Virus record (IMG/VR): IMGVR_UViG_2541047877_000006
Reading direction: 5' to 3' (one strand)
Origin: a virus
Lineage: Duplodnaviria; Heunggongvirae; Uroviricota; Caudoviricetes
Length of the DNA stretch: 53,577 bases
Both the position numbers and the translations under genes were made by a program. The notes below the pieces were generated by a model. It was not told the DNA's origin. It worked only from the letters and a program-made list of their open reading frames with translations, and ran no database searches. Below, piece after piece: positions 36,188 to 44,612 of this stretch. How positions within the stretch are numbered: position 1 is the first letter of the stretch; every line of letters starts with the position of its first letter.

Positions 36188-36886
36188 ATGATCCATGTTC
36201 GTACAGGACAATTTGCTGCCGTGGTGAACGGTAAGCGCTATGAGTTTAATCCTTGCTTTGCTGCGATGGCTAAAATCGGCAACGATAGTGAGCTTGTCGA
36301 ATATTTCGCACTTATCCACGGCGGCAAATATCCATCACGATTGCCAGCAGATCCAGACCTACGCAATCGCATTCTGGCGCGGTGTTATGGTGAAATAGTT
36401 CAGACATCAATGCACATCCTGAAATGTTGCTCAGACGACGAAATAGGCCCGTTATTGGGCGAATGCTGGTTTACTCCTTCGGGTAAGTTAAAGTTAAAGC
36501 CCGGATTAATGCCGATCGAGGATATCATCACGCTTGCGCAGCACTGCATGTACCACGGTCTTATTGGTGATGGCCCGGAAGAAGAGTCCGGGGAAATTCC
36601 GGAAGGGGAATATAAGCCGACTTTTAACGTCCTTGAATTCGTCTATTCTGCCGTTGCTCACCTGGGCTTGTCAGAATCGGAAGCATGGAATATGACAATG
36701 ACCGGATATAGGGCCGCTGTACGCGCTAAAACGCCGCCAGACGAAAGAAACGAGAAAAGCAAGCCAAACATTCACATAAATAAACGTGCTTATGACGAGC
36801 AAATGGAGGCCGCTAAAAAGGCACTAGAAAGAATGAAAAATCGTGAGCAAGAAAAGCCCGGTAGATCCGGGCGTTTTGCTAATTGA
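36188..36886 (+). CDS. tail assembly chaperone (G/GT-like position)
   Basis: 232 aa; AAGGTG SD; between major tail and tape measure genes. Confidence 0.5.
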   Translation: MIHVRTGQFAAVVNGKRYEFNPCFAAMAKIGNDSELVEYFALIHGGKYPSRLPADPDLRNRILARCYGEIVQTSMHILKCCSDDEIGPLLGECWFTPSGKLKLKPGLMPIEDIITLAQHCMYHGLIGDGPEEESGEIPEGEYKPTFNVLEFVYSAVAHLGLSESEAWNMTMTGYRAAVRAKTPPDERNEKSKPNIHINKRAYDEQMEAAKKALERMKNREQEKPGRSGRFAN

Positions 36887-37253
36887 AATCTTTAATTGCT
36901 GTACCTGGTGAACTGTGTGTGATTGTATTGTATACAGACTTTGCCTTACTGCGATCTTTCCATTCTTTTAGGATGCAGTTATCAAACTTTGCGATAACCC
37001 TTGAAGGGGATAATTCTTCAACATCCATGTAAGTAAATCCTATCGTGCTGGTTACTGAATACCATACGTGATAACTATAATTACCGTCATGCTCGATTCT
37101 TTGTGGTTCCCCCATTATTTTATTCACTTGCTCACAAGTCATTCCAACTTGCAAATTTTTATCAGCTAACTTAACGAAATCAGTTGATCTTGCGCACCCT
37201 GTAAGAGCTAAAGCCATAACACCAATGAGAACCGCTTTGATTATTTTTTTCAT
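36879..37253 (-). CDS. BamE/SmpA-OmlA-like lipoprotein (124 aa)
   Basis: Signal peptide with lipobox LTGC; QVGMTCEQVNKIMGEP matches BamE motif; opposite strand to tail operon. Confidence 0.55.
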   Translation of the reverse strand: MKKIIKAVLIGVMALALTGCARSTDFVKLADKNLQVGMTCEQVNKIMGEPQRIEHDGNYSYHVWYSVTSTIGFTYMDVEELSPSRVIAKFDNCILKEWKDRSKAKSVYNTITHSSPGTAIKDFN

Positions 37254-37263
37254 GATTTACCCC

Positions 37264-37923
37264 TTAATTCCAGTTGCAAGCGTTTTTCACTTTGTCGATG
37301 TGGTTATAAAGACCATCAATGTTAAACACTGCTTTCTCAATGTCGCCAGCTTCCGGCACTACTTCAATGATGAATTGTTTTTCGTTAACCAGTTTTTTAA
37401 TCATTGGGATGGCTTTTTTGCCGTCCCATAATCCAAGAGCTTTATAATTAGTTGACCGCCACCACTCAGTAGCTACAGCTTTGTGAACGCCGATCCGGTA
37501 GTTAATATAAGTAGTGTCCCCGGCGTCAGTTACATGGTGTGACCATGCTACGAACATTTTTGTTTTATTACCCTGGCAAGCGATTGTTAATACCGGTTTA
37601 TTCTTATCCTGTGCCTTCAGTGTCGGGAAAGCATCAAGACTTCCGCTGAATTGTTCTGCTTTCACAAAAAGGAATACGTTTTTTGCGTCCTGCATATCAT
37701 CTTTTCTTTCAACTACAAGCCACTGTTTACCAGCATTTTCTTTTTCTAACTGTGCATCGTATGCGGCTTGTTTTGCTTGTTGTTCTGCAAGCCATTTAGC
37801 ATTTTTCTCTGCTAATGCTTGTTGCTCTTGATTGGTCACTATAGGCGCTTTTTCATTATCCTCATTGCAACCAACCAGACCCAATACCGCCGCAATCATT
37901 GCCACTTTTGCTAACCGTTTCAT
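37264..37923 (-). CDS. lipoprotein of unknown function (219 aa)
   Basis: Signal peptide with lipobox LVGC; Q/A/K-rich region then globular domain; own promoter. Confidence 0.5.
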   Translation of the reverse strand: MKRLAKVAMIAAVLGLVGCNEDNEKAPIVTNQEQQALAEKNAKWLAEQQAKQAAYDAQLEKENAGKQWLVVERKDDMQDAKNVFLFVKAEQFSGSLDAFPTLKAQDKNKPVLTIACQGNKTKMFVAWSHHVTDAGDTTYINYRIGVHKAVATEWWRSTNYKALGLWDGKKAIPMIKKLVNEKQFIIEVVPEAGDIEKAVFNIDGLYNHIDKVKNACNWN

Positions 37924-37969
37924 AACCCACCACGCTAACTTGATTTACTGACCATTCCCTTTAGCTTCC

Positions 37970-38011
37970 TTATACAAAATGGAGTCGTTGAAGTAAAGCC
38001 ATTTTGTATAA
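37970..38011. promoter_or_regulatory. 42-bp palindrome with back-to-back divergent promoters
   Basis: TTATACAAAATGG-16 nt-CCATTTTGTATAA; minus strand -35 TTTACT and -10 TATAAG, plus strand -10 TATAAA. Confidence 0.5.
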
Positions 38012-38050
38012 AATAGATACACAGATCACATTTTTGCATGAGGTTAAATC

Positions 38051-40393
38051 ATGGCTACCAGTGTAGGTACAATTTATTACGAAGTTGATGCGAAAACTGG
38101 TCAACTTCTCGTTGCACAACGACAGGCAGACCAGGCCTTTGATCGTATAGAGCGCGGCGCAAAACAGGCTGACCGCCAGGTAAACACCCTGAAAACATCC
38201 ATCAAGGCACTGACCAGGGTTATCCATCTGCTAATTGCTGCGGAGGCTGTGCGCCAATTTATGGATATGGCGGAGCAAGCAAAAATGCTTCGCGTAAAAA
38301 TCAAAATGCTTACGGGCGATGCGGAGTCCGCCGGACGGGTTTTCGACGGCCTGAAAGCAATATCCAGGGAGACGGGGCAGAGCCTGAAAGATACTGGCGA
38401 ATTATGGCAAGGCCTGGCTATCTCACTAAAAAACACCTCCGCTACGGAAGGGCAATTGCTTAACCTGGTTGGCACTATTCAGAAAATGGGTGCATTAGGC
38501 GGCGCGTCAGCGGAACAGATGTCTAACTCAATGCGTCAATTCCGTCAGTCTATCGACGGCGGTGTTCTTCGTGCCGAAGAATTTAACAGCCTGCTTGAAA
38601 ATACGCCGACCATCGTACAAACAATGGCCCGCCATATGGGATTATCAATGGGCCAGTTCCGCGCCGAAATGCTGGACGGCAAGATCACGGCTGAAAGGAT
38701 GGTTAACGCAATACAGGCGGCTACGCAGGAAACAAACGATAAGTTTGCTCAGTTGCCGCGCACATCCGGCATGGCTATCAATGAGCTTAAAGTAGAAATT
38801 ATGGGCCTTGTTGAGCAGTTGGATGATCTTTTTGGCGTGTCAGATGGCGTTGTTTCAGCTATCGACTTGATCACGAAAGGCGTTAAAGGGCTTGGCGATG
38901 GCGCTAAATTCGCTAAAACCTGCTTCGACACACTCAAAACGGCTGGTAGCGAATTTATCGACATGTTTGATGATGTGGCTGTTAAGGCTGGAGAGGTGGC
39001 AGAGAAGATCATCGCAATGGTGACGCCAATCAAGGCGCTAATGGATGGCTATAAATGGATGAAGGAGGTAGTAGGAGAGCAAACCGACGAATATAACAGC
39101 AACTACGAGAAGAAATACGGGAAGACCGTTGGCAAGGTCATGCAACTACAGGATGATCTGACCGCAGCAATCCAGGCTACAGAAGAAGCAAGGAAAAATG
39201 AACAGAATGCTGCCAATGACGGAGCGATTACCGGATTCGACAAGCCAGTAGACAAGCCGAAAAAACAGAAAAAAGAGAAGAAATCGGAAGCTGATCGGCT
39301 TGGTGACAAAGGTATAAGCGTTTCTGATCAGTACAACAAAGACGCCGCCGCCATGCGCAAAGCGTTGGAGAACGGCAAGGCCATTGATGCTGCATTTGCC
39401 CAGGGTAAAATCACGCTCCTTGAGTACCGCGCCGCGCAAAAAGGGATCGGCAAGGAACTGAAAGAAGAATTAGCACAAATTCCGGTAGATGAATTGCGTG
39501 ATAAATGGTCACAAATAGTAAGCCCGATGGATCAGCTAAAAGGCGAAGTTGACCCCATCCAGCAGGCGCAAAATGAATGGGCCATCCGTAAGCAAATGCT
39601 TATAGACCTGGGCGCTACTGAAGCGCAACAGAAACAGGAATTGTTAGCCTATGAGCAACAGATCCGCGATCTGAAATGGGAACAATGGCAGGCGCAAAGC
39701 GACACAAACGGCCTTATCGGTGATTGTGTTAATGGCCTTAAAGGCGGAATGAGTAATGCGCTTGTTGGCCTGTTAAACGGCACTCAATCATTGAGTGATG
39801 TTTTTGCTAACTTAGGAAGCAATATACTCGGCAATATCGGTAACAGACTCTCAGACATAGCTGCAAACTGGATAGCAGATCAGATCATGATGGAGACACA
39901 AAGCAAGGCCACGCAAACAAGTACAACAGCAAGCGCGGTAGCAGCTCAGGGAAGCATTGCTGCGGCGGCGGCCCCAGCAGCGGCGGCAACTGCGGCGTCA
40001 ACTGGCGGTAGCTGGGCGGCGGCTGGTTCGGCGGCGCTCACTGCGATCATGTCGCTGGCTACGTCAATTTTCGGCGGCGGTCGCTTTAATGGTGGTAGCG
40101 TCATTGGTGGTAATATGTACCGCGTAGGGGAACACAACAGGCCGGAGCTATTCCAGACATCTAACGGCAATCAATATATGATCCCTGGCGAGAACGGCAG
40201 AGTTATTCCGGGCCGTGATATTGGCGGCGGTGGCGGTATTAGTATGCCTGTCAGTATCAGCATTCAGACCACGAACGGATTCAGCGACGAAGACAGCCGC
40301 AGACTTGAATTAACAATGGAACGTGTAGCCATGAAAATGATAACAAGGGAATCTCAAAGACCAGGCGGAATGTTGCAACCTCGCCGCAAATAA
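38051..40393 (+). CDS. tail tape measure protein
   Basis: 780 aa; coiled-coil and Ala/Gly-rich repeats; between chaperone and M-like gene. Confidence 0.85.
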   Translation: MATSVGTIYYEVDAKTGQLLVAQRQADQAFDRIERGAKQADRQVNTLKTSIKALTRVIHLLIAAEAVRQFMDMAEQAKMLRVKIKMLTGDAESAGRVFDGLKAISRETGQSLKDTGELWQGLAISLKNTSATEGQLLNLVGTIQKMGALGGASAEQMSNSMRQFRQSIDGGVLRAEEFNSLLENTPTIVQTMARHMGLSMGQFRAEMLDGKITAERMVNAIQAATQETNDKFAQLPRTSGMAINELKVEIMGLVEQLDDLFGVSDGVVSAIDLITKGVKGLGDGAKFAKTCFDTLKTAGSEFIDMFDDVAVKAGEVAEKIIAMVTPIKALMDGYKWMKEVVGEQTDEYNSNYEKKYGKTVGKVMQLQDDLTAAIQATEEARKNEQNAANDGAITGFDKPVDKPKKQKKEKKSEADRLGDKGISVSDQYNKDAAAMRKALENGKAIDAAFAQGKITLLEYRAAQKGIGKELKEELAQIPVDELRDKWSQIVSPMDQLKGEVDPIQQAQNEWAIRKQMLIDLGATEAQQKQELLAYEQQIRDLKWEQWQAQSDTNGLIGDCVNGLKGGMSNALVGLLNGTQSLSDVFANLGSNILGNIGNRLSDIAANWIADQIMMETQSKATQTSTTASAVAAQGSIAAAAAPAAAATAASTGGSWAAAGSAALTAIMSLATSIFGGGRFNGGSVIGGNMYRVGEHNRPELFQTSNGNQYMIPGENGRVIPGRDIGGGGGISMPVSISIQTTNGFSDEDSRRLELTMERVAMKMITRESQRPGGMLQPRRK

Positions 40394-40398
40394 ACTAA

Positions 40399-40426
40399 AC
40401 CCCGGTGCAATGCCGGGGTTATTTTT
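40399..40426 (+). terminator. rho-independent terminator after tape measure gene
   Basis: ACCCCGG tgcaatg CCGGGGT hairpin followed by TATTTTT. Confidence 0.65.
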
Positions 40427-40479
40427 CGTATTTATAAACGACCATTCCGCGCGATATATCCCCTTTCGAATATCTCGAC

Positions 40480-40734
40480 TCACTTATGAGTGCCTTTCAC
40501 GCCACATAACTTGTTATAGGCATGGTGCTCAACAATTAACCAAACCTTCAAATCTTCGCTAAACAGCCTCCAATCAAGATTGATATCCATTTTGTATCCG
40601 TAACCGTCGCGTAACTTTTTGGGGTAAACTTCTTTTCTCAGAAAGGCTTTAAGTAATTCCTTACCTTTCTTGATGATCCGGTCCTGTGCGTTTTTCTGTG
40701 CTTTCAGATTTCTGTCAATCGCTACCAGTTTCAT
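40480..40734 (-). CDS. small basic protein (84 aa), second gene of minus-strand cassette
   Basis: MKLVAIDRNLKAQKNAQDRIIKKGK...; 14 nt downstream of 51-aa partner. Confidence 0.45.
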   Translation of the reverse strand: MKLVAIDRNLKAQKNAQDRIIKKGKELLKAFLRKEVYPKKLRDGYGYKMDINLDWRLFSEDLKVWLIVEHHAYNKLCGVKGTHK

Positions 40735-40751
40735 AACTCACCCCATCATCC

Positions 40752-40907
40752 TTAGTTAAGTGCCTTCAGGAAGAAGTCCCGGTATTCATCTTCTTTCGCA
40801 TTCATCATGAATTGACCGTATTTGAATGCGTCGTCGAAACCCTTAACGATTGCTATTTCCACTTGTTCGAATGCGTTATTTAGCATTACTACTACATAGC
40901 GTTTCAT
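40752..40907 (-). CDS. small protein (51 aa), first gene of minus-strand cassette
   Basis: MKRYVVVMLNNAFEQVEIAIVKGFDDAFKYGQFMMNAKEDEYRDFFLKALN; AGGAGG SD. Confidence 0.4.
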   Translation of the reverse strand: MKRYVVVMLNNAFEQVEIAIVKGFDDAFKYGQFMMNAKEDEYRDFFLKALN

Positions 40908-40947
40908 TTTGGGCCTCCTTCGTTGGTACTACTTTCTTCTTGCTTTC

Positions 40948-40987
40948 TATATACATCTTGTTGCGTGCTATGTGAAGCCATTTTGTA
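40948..40987 (-). promoter_or_regulatory. sigma70-like promoter for minus-strand cassette, with TACAAAATGG element
   Basis: Minus strand: GTTTACAAAATGG then -35 TTCACA, 17-nt spacer, -10 TATATA. Confidence 0.45.
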
Positions 40988-41017
40988 AACTAGCTATAAT
41001 CATTGTGACAATGATCT

Positions 41018-41042
41018 TATTTTTCGCGTAGAAGCGCGTAAA
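41018..41042 (+). repeat. 25-bp conserved element copy B
   Basis: TATTTTTCGCGTAGAAGCGCGTAAA; 23/25 identical to 28727-28751; next to palindrome CATTGTGACAATG. Confidence 0.5.
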
Positions 41043-41076
41043 GATATATACAAAATGTAACTTGTGGGGGGGTTTT

Positions 41077-41430
41077 ATGCCGGAAGTGTTCAGATGGACG
41101 CCGCAAAGAAGCTACAGCGTGACCAGGAAGCCAGACGTATCTGTTGTTAAGCTGGGCGATGGTTATGAGCAAAGACAGGTAAAAGGTATCAATCCATTGC
41201 TTGATAGCTACACCCTGGTGTTTAAAGGCAGTAGCGCCGGATGTGGTGATGGTGGAAACGTAGCAATCCAGGCGGAAGCATTCTTGAGGGCGCGCGGCGC
41301 GGTCGAGGCTTTTTACTGGTCGCCGTCAATGGATAACGTGCAAAGGCTTTTTGTCTGTCGGCAATGGAGCATGACTAAAGACGGGCCTTTGTACACGCTA
41401 AACGCAACGTTTGAGCAAGTTGTTGGCTAA
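41077..41430 (+). CDS. M: minor tail protein M
   Basis: FRW...V.FGDGY.QR...G.N....Y...F and C-terminal FEQVV as in lambda gpM. Confidence 0.85.
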   Translation: MPEVFRWTPQRSYSVTRKPDVSVVKLGDGYEQRQVKGINPLLDSYTLVFKGSSAGCGDGGNVAIQAEAFLRARGAVEAFYWSPSMDNVQRLFVCRQWSMTKDGPLYTLNATFEQVVG

Positions 41431-41627
41431 TGGGGGTTGTTATGTACGGGACTTGTGTAGTTGACAAAACTTACGCTTTTACATTGTTTGACGACTATGA
41501 GATCAACGACCTTACTGTAAAAGCTGACAACGGCGATATATGGTATCTTCACGACGTTGGTGATGGGTACGTTGGGTGTAGATCCCGGGAAGGGAAGGAG
41601 GTTTTATTTTTGGTTGATGGCGTATAA
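41430..41627 (+). CDS. hypothetical protein (65 aa)
   Basis: ORF between M-like and L-like genes; followed by terminator. Confidence 0.4.
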   Translation: MGVVMYGTCVVDKTYAFTLFDDYEINDLTVKADNGDIWYLHDVGDGYVGCRSREGKEVLFLVDGV

Positions 41628-41633
41628 ACACGA

Positions 41634-41658
41634 CCCCGCGCGAAGCGGGGTTATTTTT
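41634..41658. terminator. rho-independent terminator, possibly bidirectional
   Basis: CCCCGC gcgaa GCGGGG hairpin with T-run after and A-run before; between convergent genes. Confidence 0.6.
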
Positions 41659-41783
41659 ATTCTATTTCCATTAATGCTATATTTTCTGCTATCGTTTTCC
41701 AGTCCAGATCTACAGCATGAACGCCAAATACTATCAACCACATTATTATTAGCGCCAAAACTTCTATTTTTATAATCAGTCAC

Positions 41784-42032
41784 CTATAAGTTATCACGCA
41801 GATAATTAACGCCCTTATCAGTGACGAATGAATGGTTAACCTGGTTTTCATCCGTCATGATGATGAATAACTTTTCATGTAGGTATTTCGCTTTCGGGTA
41901 CAGCGTTAAACAGACCTGGTACAGTATCCCGCGCTCAATCAGCAAATCAATAAATTCGTGTTCATGATAACCGATGAGGCGGGCGGCCTGTTTCAACGTG
42001 TACACATAATCACCGTGATTGCGCCGCCCCAT
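41784..42032 (-). CDS. HTH-like DNA-binding protein (82 aa), third gene of cassette
   Basis: YTLKQAARLIGYHEHEFIDLLIERGIL resembles HTH; AAGG SD; 9 nt after gene B stop. Confidence 0.45.
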   Translation of the reverse strand: MGRRNHGDYVYTLKQAARLIGYHEHEFIDLLIERGILYQVCLTLYPKAKYLHEKLFIIMTDENQVNHSFVTDKGVNYLRDNL

Positions 42033-42041
42033 GTTGCCGCC

Positions 42042-42389
42042 TTATTTATCGAATGCTAAAAGGTTATCGATACAGAAATCTTTCGCCGCTTTTTCGTATT
42101 CGCGTTTTGCTTCTGGATCGTCAGCCGGGAAACCTTTTGCGTGTATTTCACCAGGGCAAGACTGGTCCATAGAATCTGCATAATAAGCAGTGAAGCTACC
42201 ATTAATATCTTTCGGGTTCATATCTTCCACCTCATCAACTATATGTACCGGATTAGCAGCATATTTCACTGGATGGCCTAAACTACATTCAAGAATCCTG
42301 CCTTCTTCCAGGGCTACTTCTTCGCTATCAAATAATCCGAAACACTCCTTGCTACCACTTAACCACACATCAAGACTGTATTTTTTCAT
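42042..42389 (-). CDS. acidic protein (115 aa), second gene of cassette
   Basis: ATG 42389 with GAGG SD; acidic; overlaps first gene by 20 nt. Confidence 0.45.
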   Translation of the reverse strand: MKKYSLDVWLSGSKECFGLFDSEEVALEEGRILECSLGHPVKYAANPVHIVDEVEDMNPKDINGSFTAYYADSMDQSCPGEIHAKGFPADDPEAKREYEKAAKDFCIDNLLAFDK

Positions 42390-42558
42390 TTTTGTTAGCC
42401 TCATATTTGACAGGTTCGATCTGGTATCCCAAAAGGCGGTCATCCTCAGCAAGTAAAAGCGCGTCAACCAATGCTTCACCCTCGTCGTCATACAGGGCGA
42501 TAACCTTTTCCCTACCGTCTGTCATGAATACCGTCAACTTCCATAGCTTTTCAGTCAT
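42370..42558 (-). CDS. small acidic protein (62 aa), first gene of cassette
   Basis: MTEKLWKLTVFMTDGREKVIALYDDEGEALVDALLLAEDDRLLGYQIEPVKYEANKNEKIQS; GGAGGTG SD. Confidence 0.45.
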   Translation of the reverse strand: MTEKLWKLTVFMTDGREKVIALYDDEGEALVDALLLAEDDRLLGYQIEPVKYEANKNEKIQS

Positions 42559-42604
42559 AACGCACCTCCGCGCCATTTTGTTAACTATGCTTCCGTTTGA
42601 GTAA

Positions 42605-42643
42605 AATATACATATTGTAAAAACCGCGATCAATCCATTTTGG
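42605..42643 (-). promoter_or_regulatory. sigma70-like promoter for three-gene cassette
   Basis: Minus strand: CCAAAATGGA then -35 TTGATC, 17-nt spacer, -10 TATATT; same layout as pL-like promoter. Confidence 0.5.
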
Positions 42644-42687
42644 TATGATTTAGCGTGACGCAGATCACAGAATGACAAGGTGAGAAA

Positions 42688-43392
42688 ATGCGCAATATTC
42701 CGAGAGAAATGATTATTGATTCCGTCGATGCCGGAGTCGGCGCGGTAATTGACTTGTTTGAATTAGACCTCACGCCCCTGGGTGGCGAGGTTATCCGCTT
42801 CCATTCCGGCGTGAATGGCTATTACGGCCCGGTTATCTGGAAGGGGGTGGCTTACAACAGCTACCCTATCGAGGCCACTGGCTTCGAAATGAAAAACGAG
42901 GGTGTCTATTCACGCCCGCAAATGGTTGTAGCCAACATTGGCGGCCTAATCACCGGGATGAATAACGATTTCAACGACCTGCGAGGAATGAAAGTTACAC
43001 GCCGCCAGGTGGAAGTAAAATACCTGGACGCCATCAACTTCCCCAACGGCAACCCGGATGCAGATCCGTCTATCGAGGCGGTGTCTTTTTACGTCGTTGA
43101 GGCGATGAGCGAAGAAACAGCCGACCAGGTGCAATATGAGCTGTCAACGCCAATTGATGCTGACAAGGCGGTTATCCCAGGGCGCACAATCCTTGCTGAC
43201 GTTTGCCAATGGCAATATCGCGGCGACGGTTGCGGATACAGTGGCGGCCCTGTAGCTACTGATAAAGACGAATCGACCAGCGATCCAAAGCTGGATAAAT
43301 GCAGCCACCGCCTGAGCGGTTGCCGTTTACGTTTCCCGCGCCCGAATCCGTTACCAATTTCATGTTTCCCAGGATCGAGCAAGGTGGGTTGA
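42688..43392 (+). CDS. L: minor tail protein L
   Basis: LDLTPLGGE, YPIEATGFE, RRQVEVKYLDAINFPNGN, C-terminal Cys cluster as in lambda gpL. Confidence 0.85.
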   Translation: MRNIPREMIIDSVDAGVGAVIDLFELDLTPLGGEVIRFHSGVNGYYGPVIWKGVAYNSYPIEATGFEMKNEGVYSRPQMVVANIGGLITGMNNDFNDLRGMKVTRRQVEVKYLDAINFPNGNPDADPSIEAVSFYVVEAMSEETADQVQYELSTPIDADKAVIPGRTILADVCQWQYRGDGCGYSGGPVATDKDESTSDPKLDKCSHRLSGCRLRFPRPNPLPISCFPGSSKVG

Positions 43393-43394
43393 TT

Positions 43395-44126
43395 ATGGCA
43401 CTTGAAGATAAAATGATTCGCTATGCAGCAGCCCACCCGCGCGAGGAAGTGTGCGGGCTGGTGATAGATAACGATTATTTTTACCCGTGCGCTAACGTGT
43501 CTGAAACGCCGCACAACAGCTTTAAAATCTCGCCTGACGATTATATCAAAGCTGACGAATTGGGCGTTATAACAGCCGTTTTCCACTCTCACGTTGAAGA
43601 TATTCCGGTATTGTCGGCACGGGATCGACAACAGCAGGTTATTTCCGGCCTGCCGTGGTTTTTATGTTCCGGTGGCATGGTGAGGAAATTCCGCCCGGTG
43701 GCGCACCTGTTAGGCCGTAAATTTGAACACGGGAAAACAGATTGCTACTCGCTTTTTCGTGACGCCTATCACCTTTGCGGCGTGGATCTGCCTGACTTTG
43801 AACGCCACGATGGGTGGTGGCTGCGTGGGGAAAACCTGTACATAAAAAACCTGCCATTGAACGGGTTTTTCATGGTTGATGCGCAAAGCATTCAGCCTGG
43901 TGACGTGATTATTCGCCAGCCGTTCAAGGGTGCTGACCCATGTCACGCGATGATTTACCTGGGCGATAACACTGTTTTGCATCATGACAATGCCGGACTG
44001 CTAAGCCGCCGCGAGCAAATGCGGCCCGCGTATGTTCGACAAACGCATTCAATATGGAGATCTGACAAATGCTCAAATTTAGATTTACGGGCAATCTTCG
44101 AAGATATTACGGCAAAGTGTGTTTAA
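43395..44126 (+). CDS. K: tail assembly protein K (NlpC/P60 and JAB/MPN)
   Basis: EVCGLVID, FHSHVEDIP, LPWFLCSGG, FEHGKTDCYSLFRDAYHLCGVDLPDF as in lambda gpK. Confidence 0.85.
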   Translation: MALEDKMIRYAAAHPREEVCGLVIDNDYFYPCANVSETPHNSFKISPDDYIKADELGVITAVFHSHVEDIPVLSARDRQQQVISGLPWFLCSGGMVRKFRPVAHLLGRKFEHGKTDCYSLFRDAYHLCGVDLPDFERHDGWWLRGENLYIKNLPLNGFFMVDAQSIQPGDVIIRQPFKGADPCHAMIYLGDNTVLHHDNAGLLSRREQMRPAYVRQTHSIWRSDKCSNLDLRAIFEDITAKCV

Positions 44127-44599
44127 ACGTTGATACGCCAGCACAAGGACTTAGCCTATTGACCGCGCAGAATCAGGAGTTCAAGAAGGCTTTTTTAAAT
44201 ACACCTTTGCGGTTACGGATTGCCGGGAAAGATTATAACGAAAAGACGGCCCCGGCAGCGGTTAATAGTAAATACCCTGACGGAACTACCGTCATTATTG
44301 CGCCAGTAGTTGAAGGCGGTATTGCTGGGATTGGTGTTGTAGGCTGGATCCTGATTGGTGTTTCGGTGGTTAGCGTTGCGTTCTCAATCTTTATGTCCCG
44401 CAACATGAAGATAAAAACATCGGCAGAAAGCGCACAAGATAACACCATAACGAACAACACCTACACCAGCATTGAAAACAAGGTGGGCCAGGGTAGACCA
44501 GTGCCAATACTATTAGGTGAAATGAAAATAGGTTCAAACGTCGGATCGTTAGGCATAGACACAAGCAACAATAGAGACGCCTTAGACGTTGTAAGTTAA
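44069..44599 (+). CDS. I: tail assembly protein I
   Basis: 176 aa; central hydrophobic segment; position between K and J. Confidence 0.75.
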   Translation: MLKFRFTGNLRRYYGKVCLNVDTPAQGLSLLTAQNQEFKKAFLNTPLRLRIAGKDYNEKTAPAAVNSKYPDGTTVIIAPVVEGGIAGIGVVGWILIGVSVVSVAFSIFMSRNMKIKTSAESAQDNTITNNTYTSIENKVGQGRPVPILLGEMKIGSNVGSLGIDTSNNRDALDVVS

Positions 44600-44612
44600 C
44601 AGGAGAAAAACC

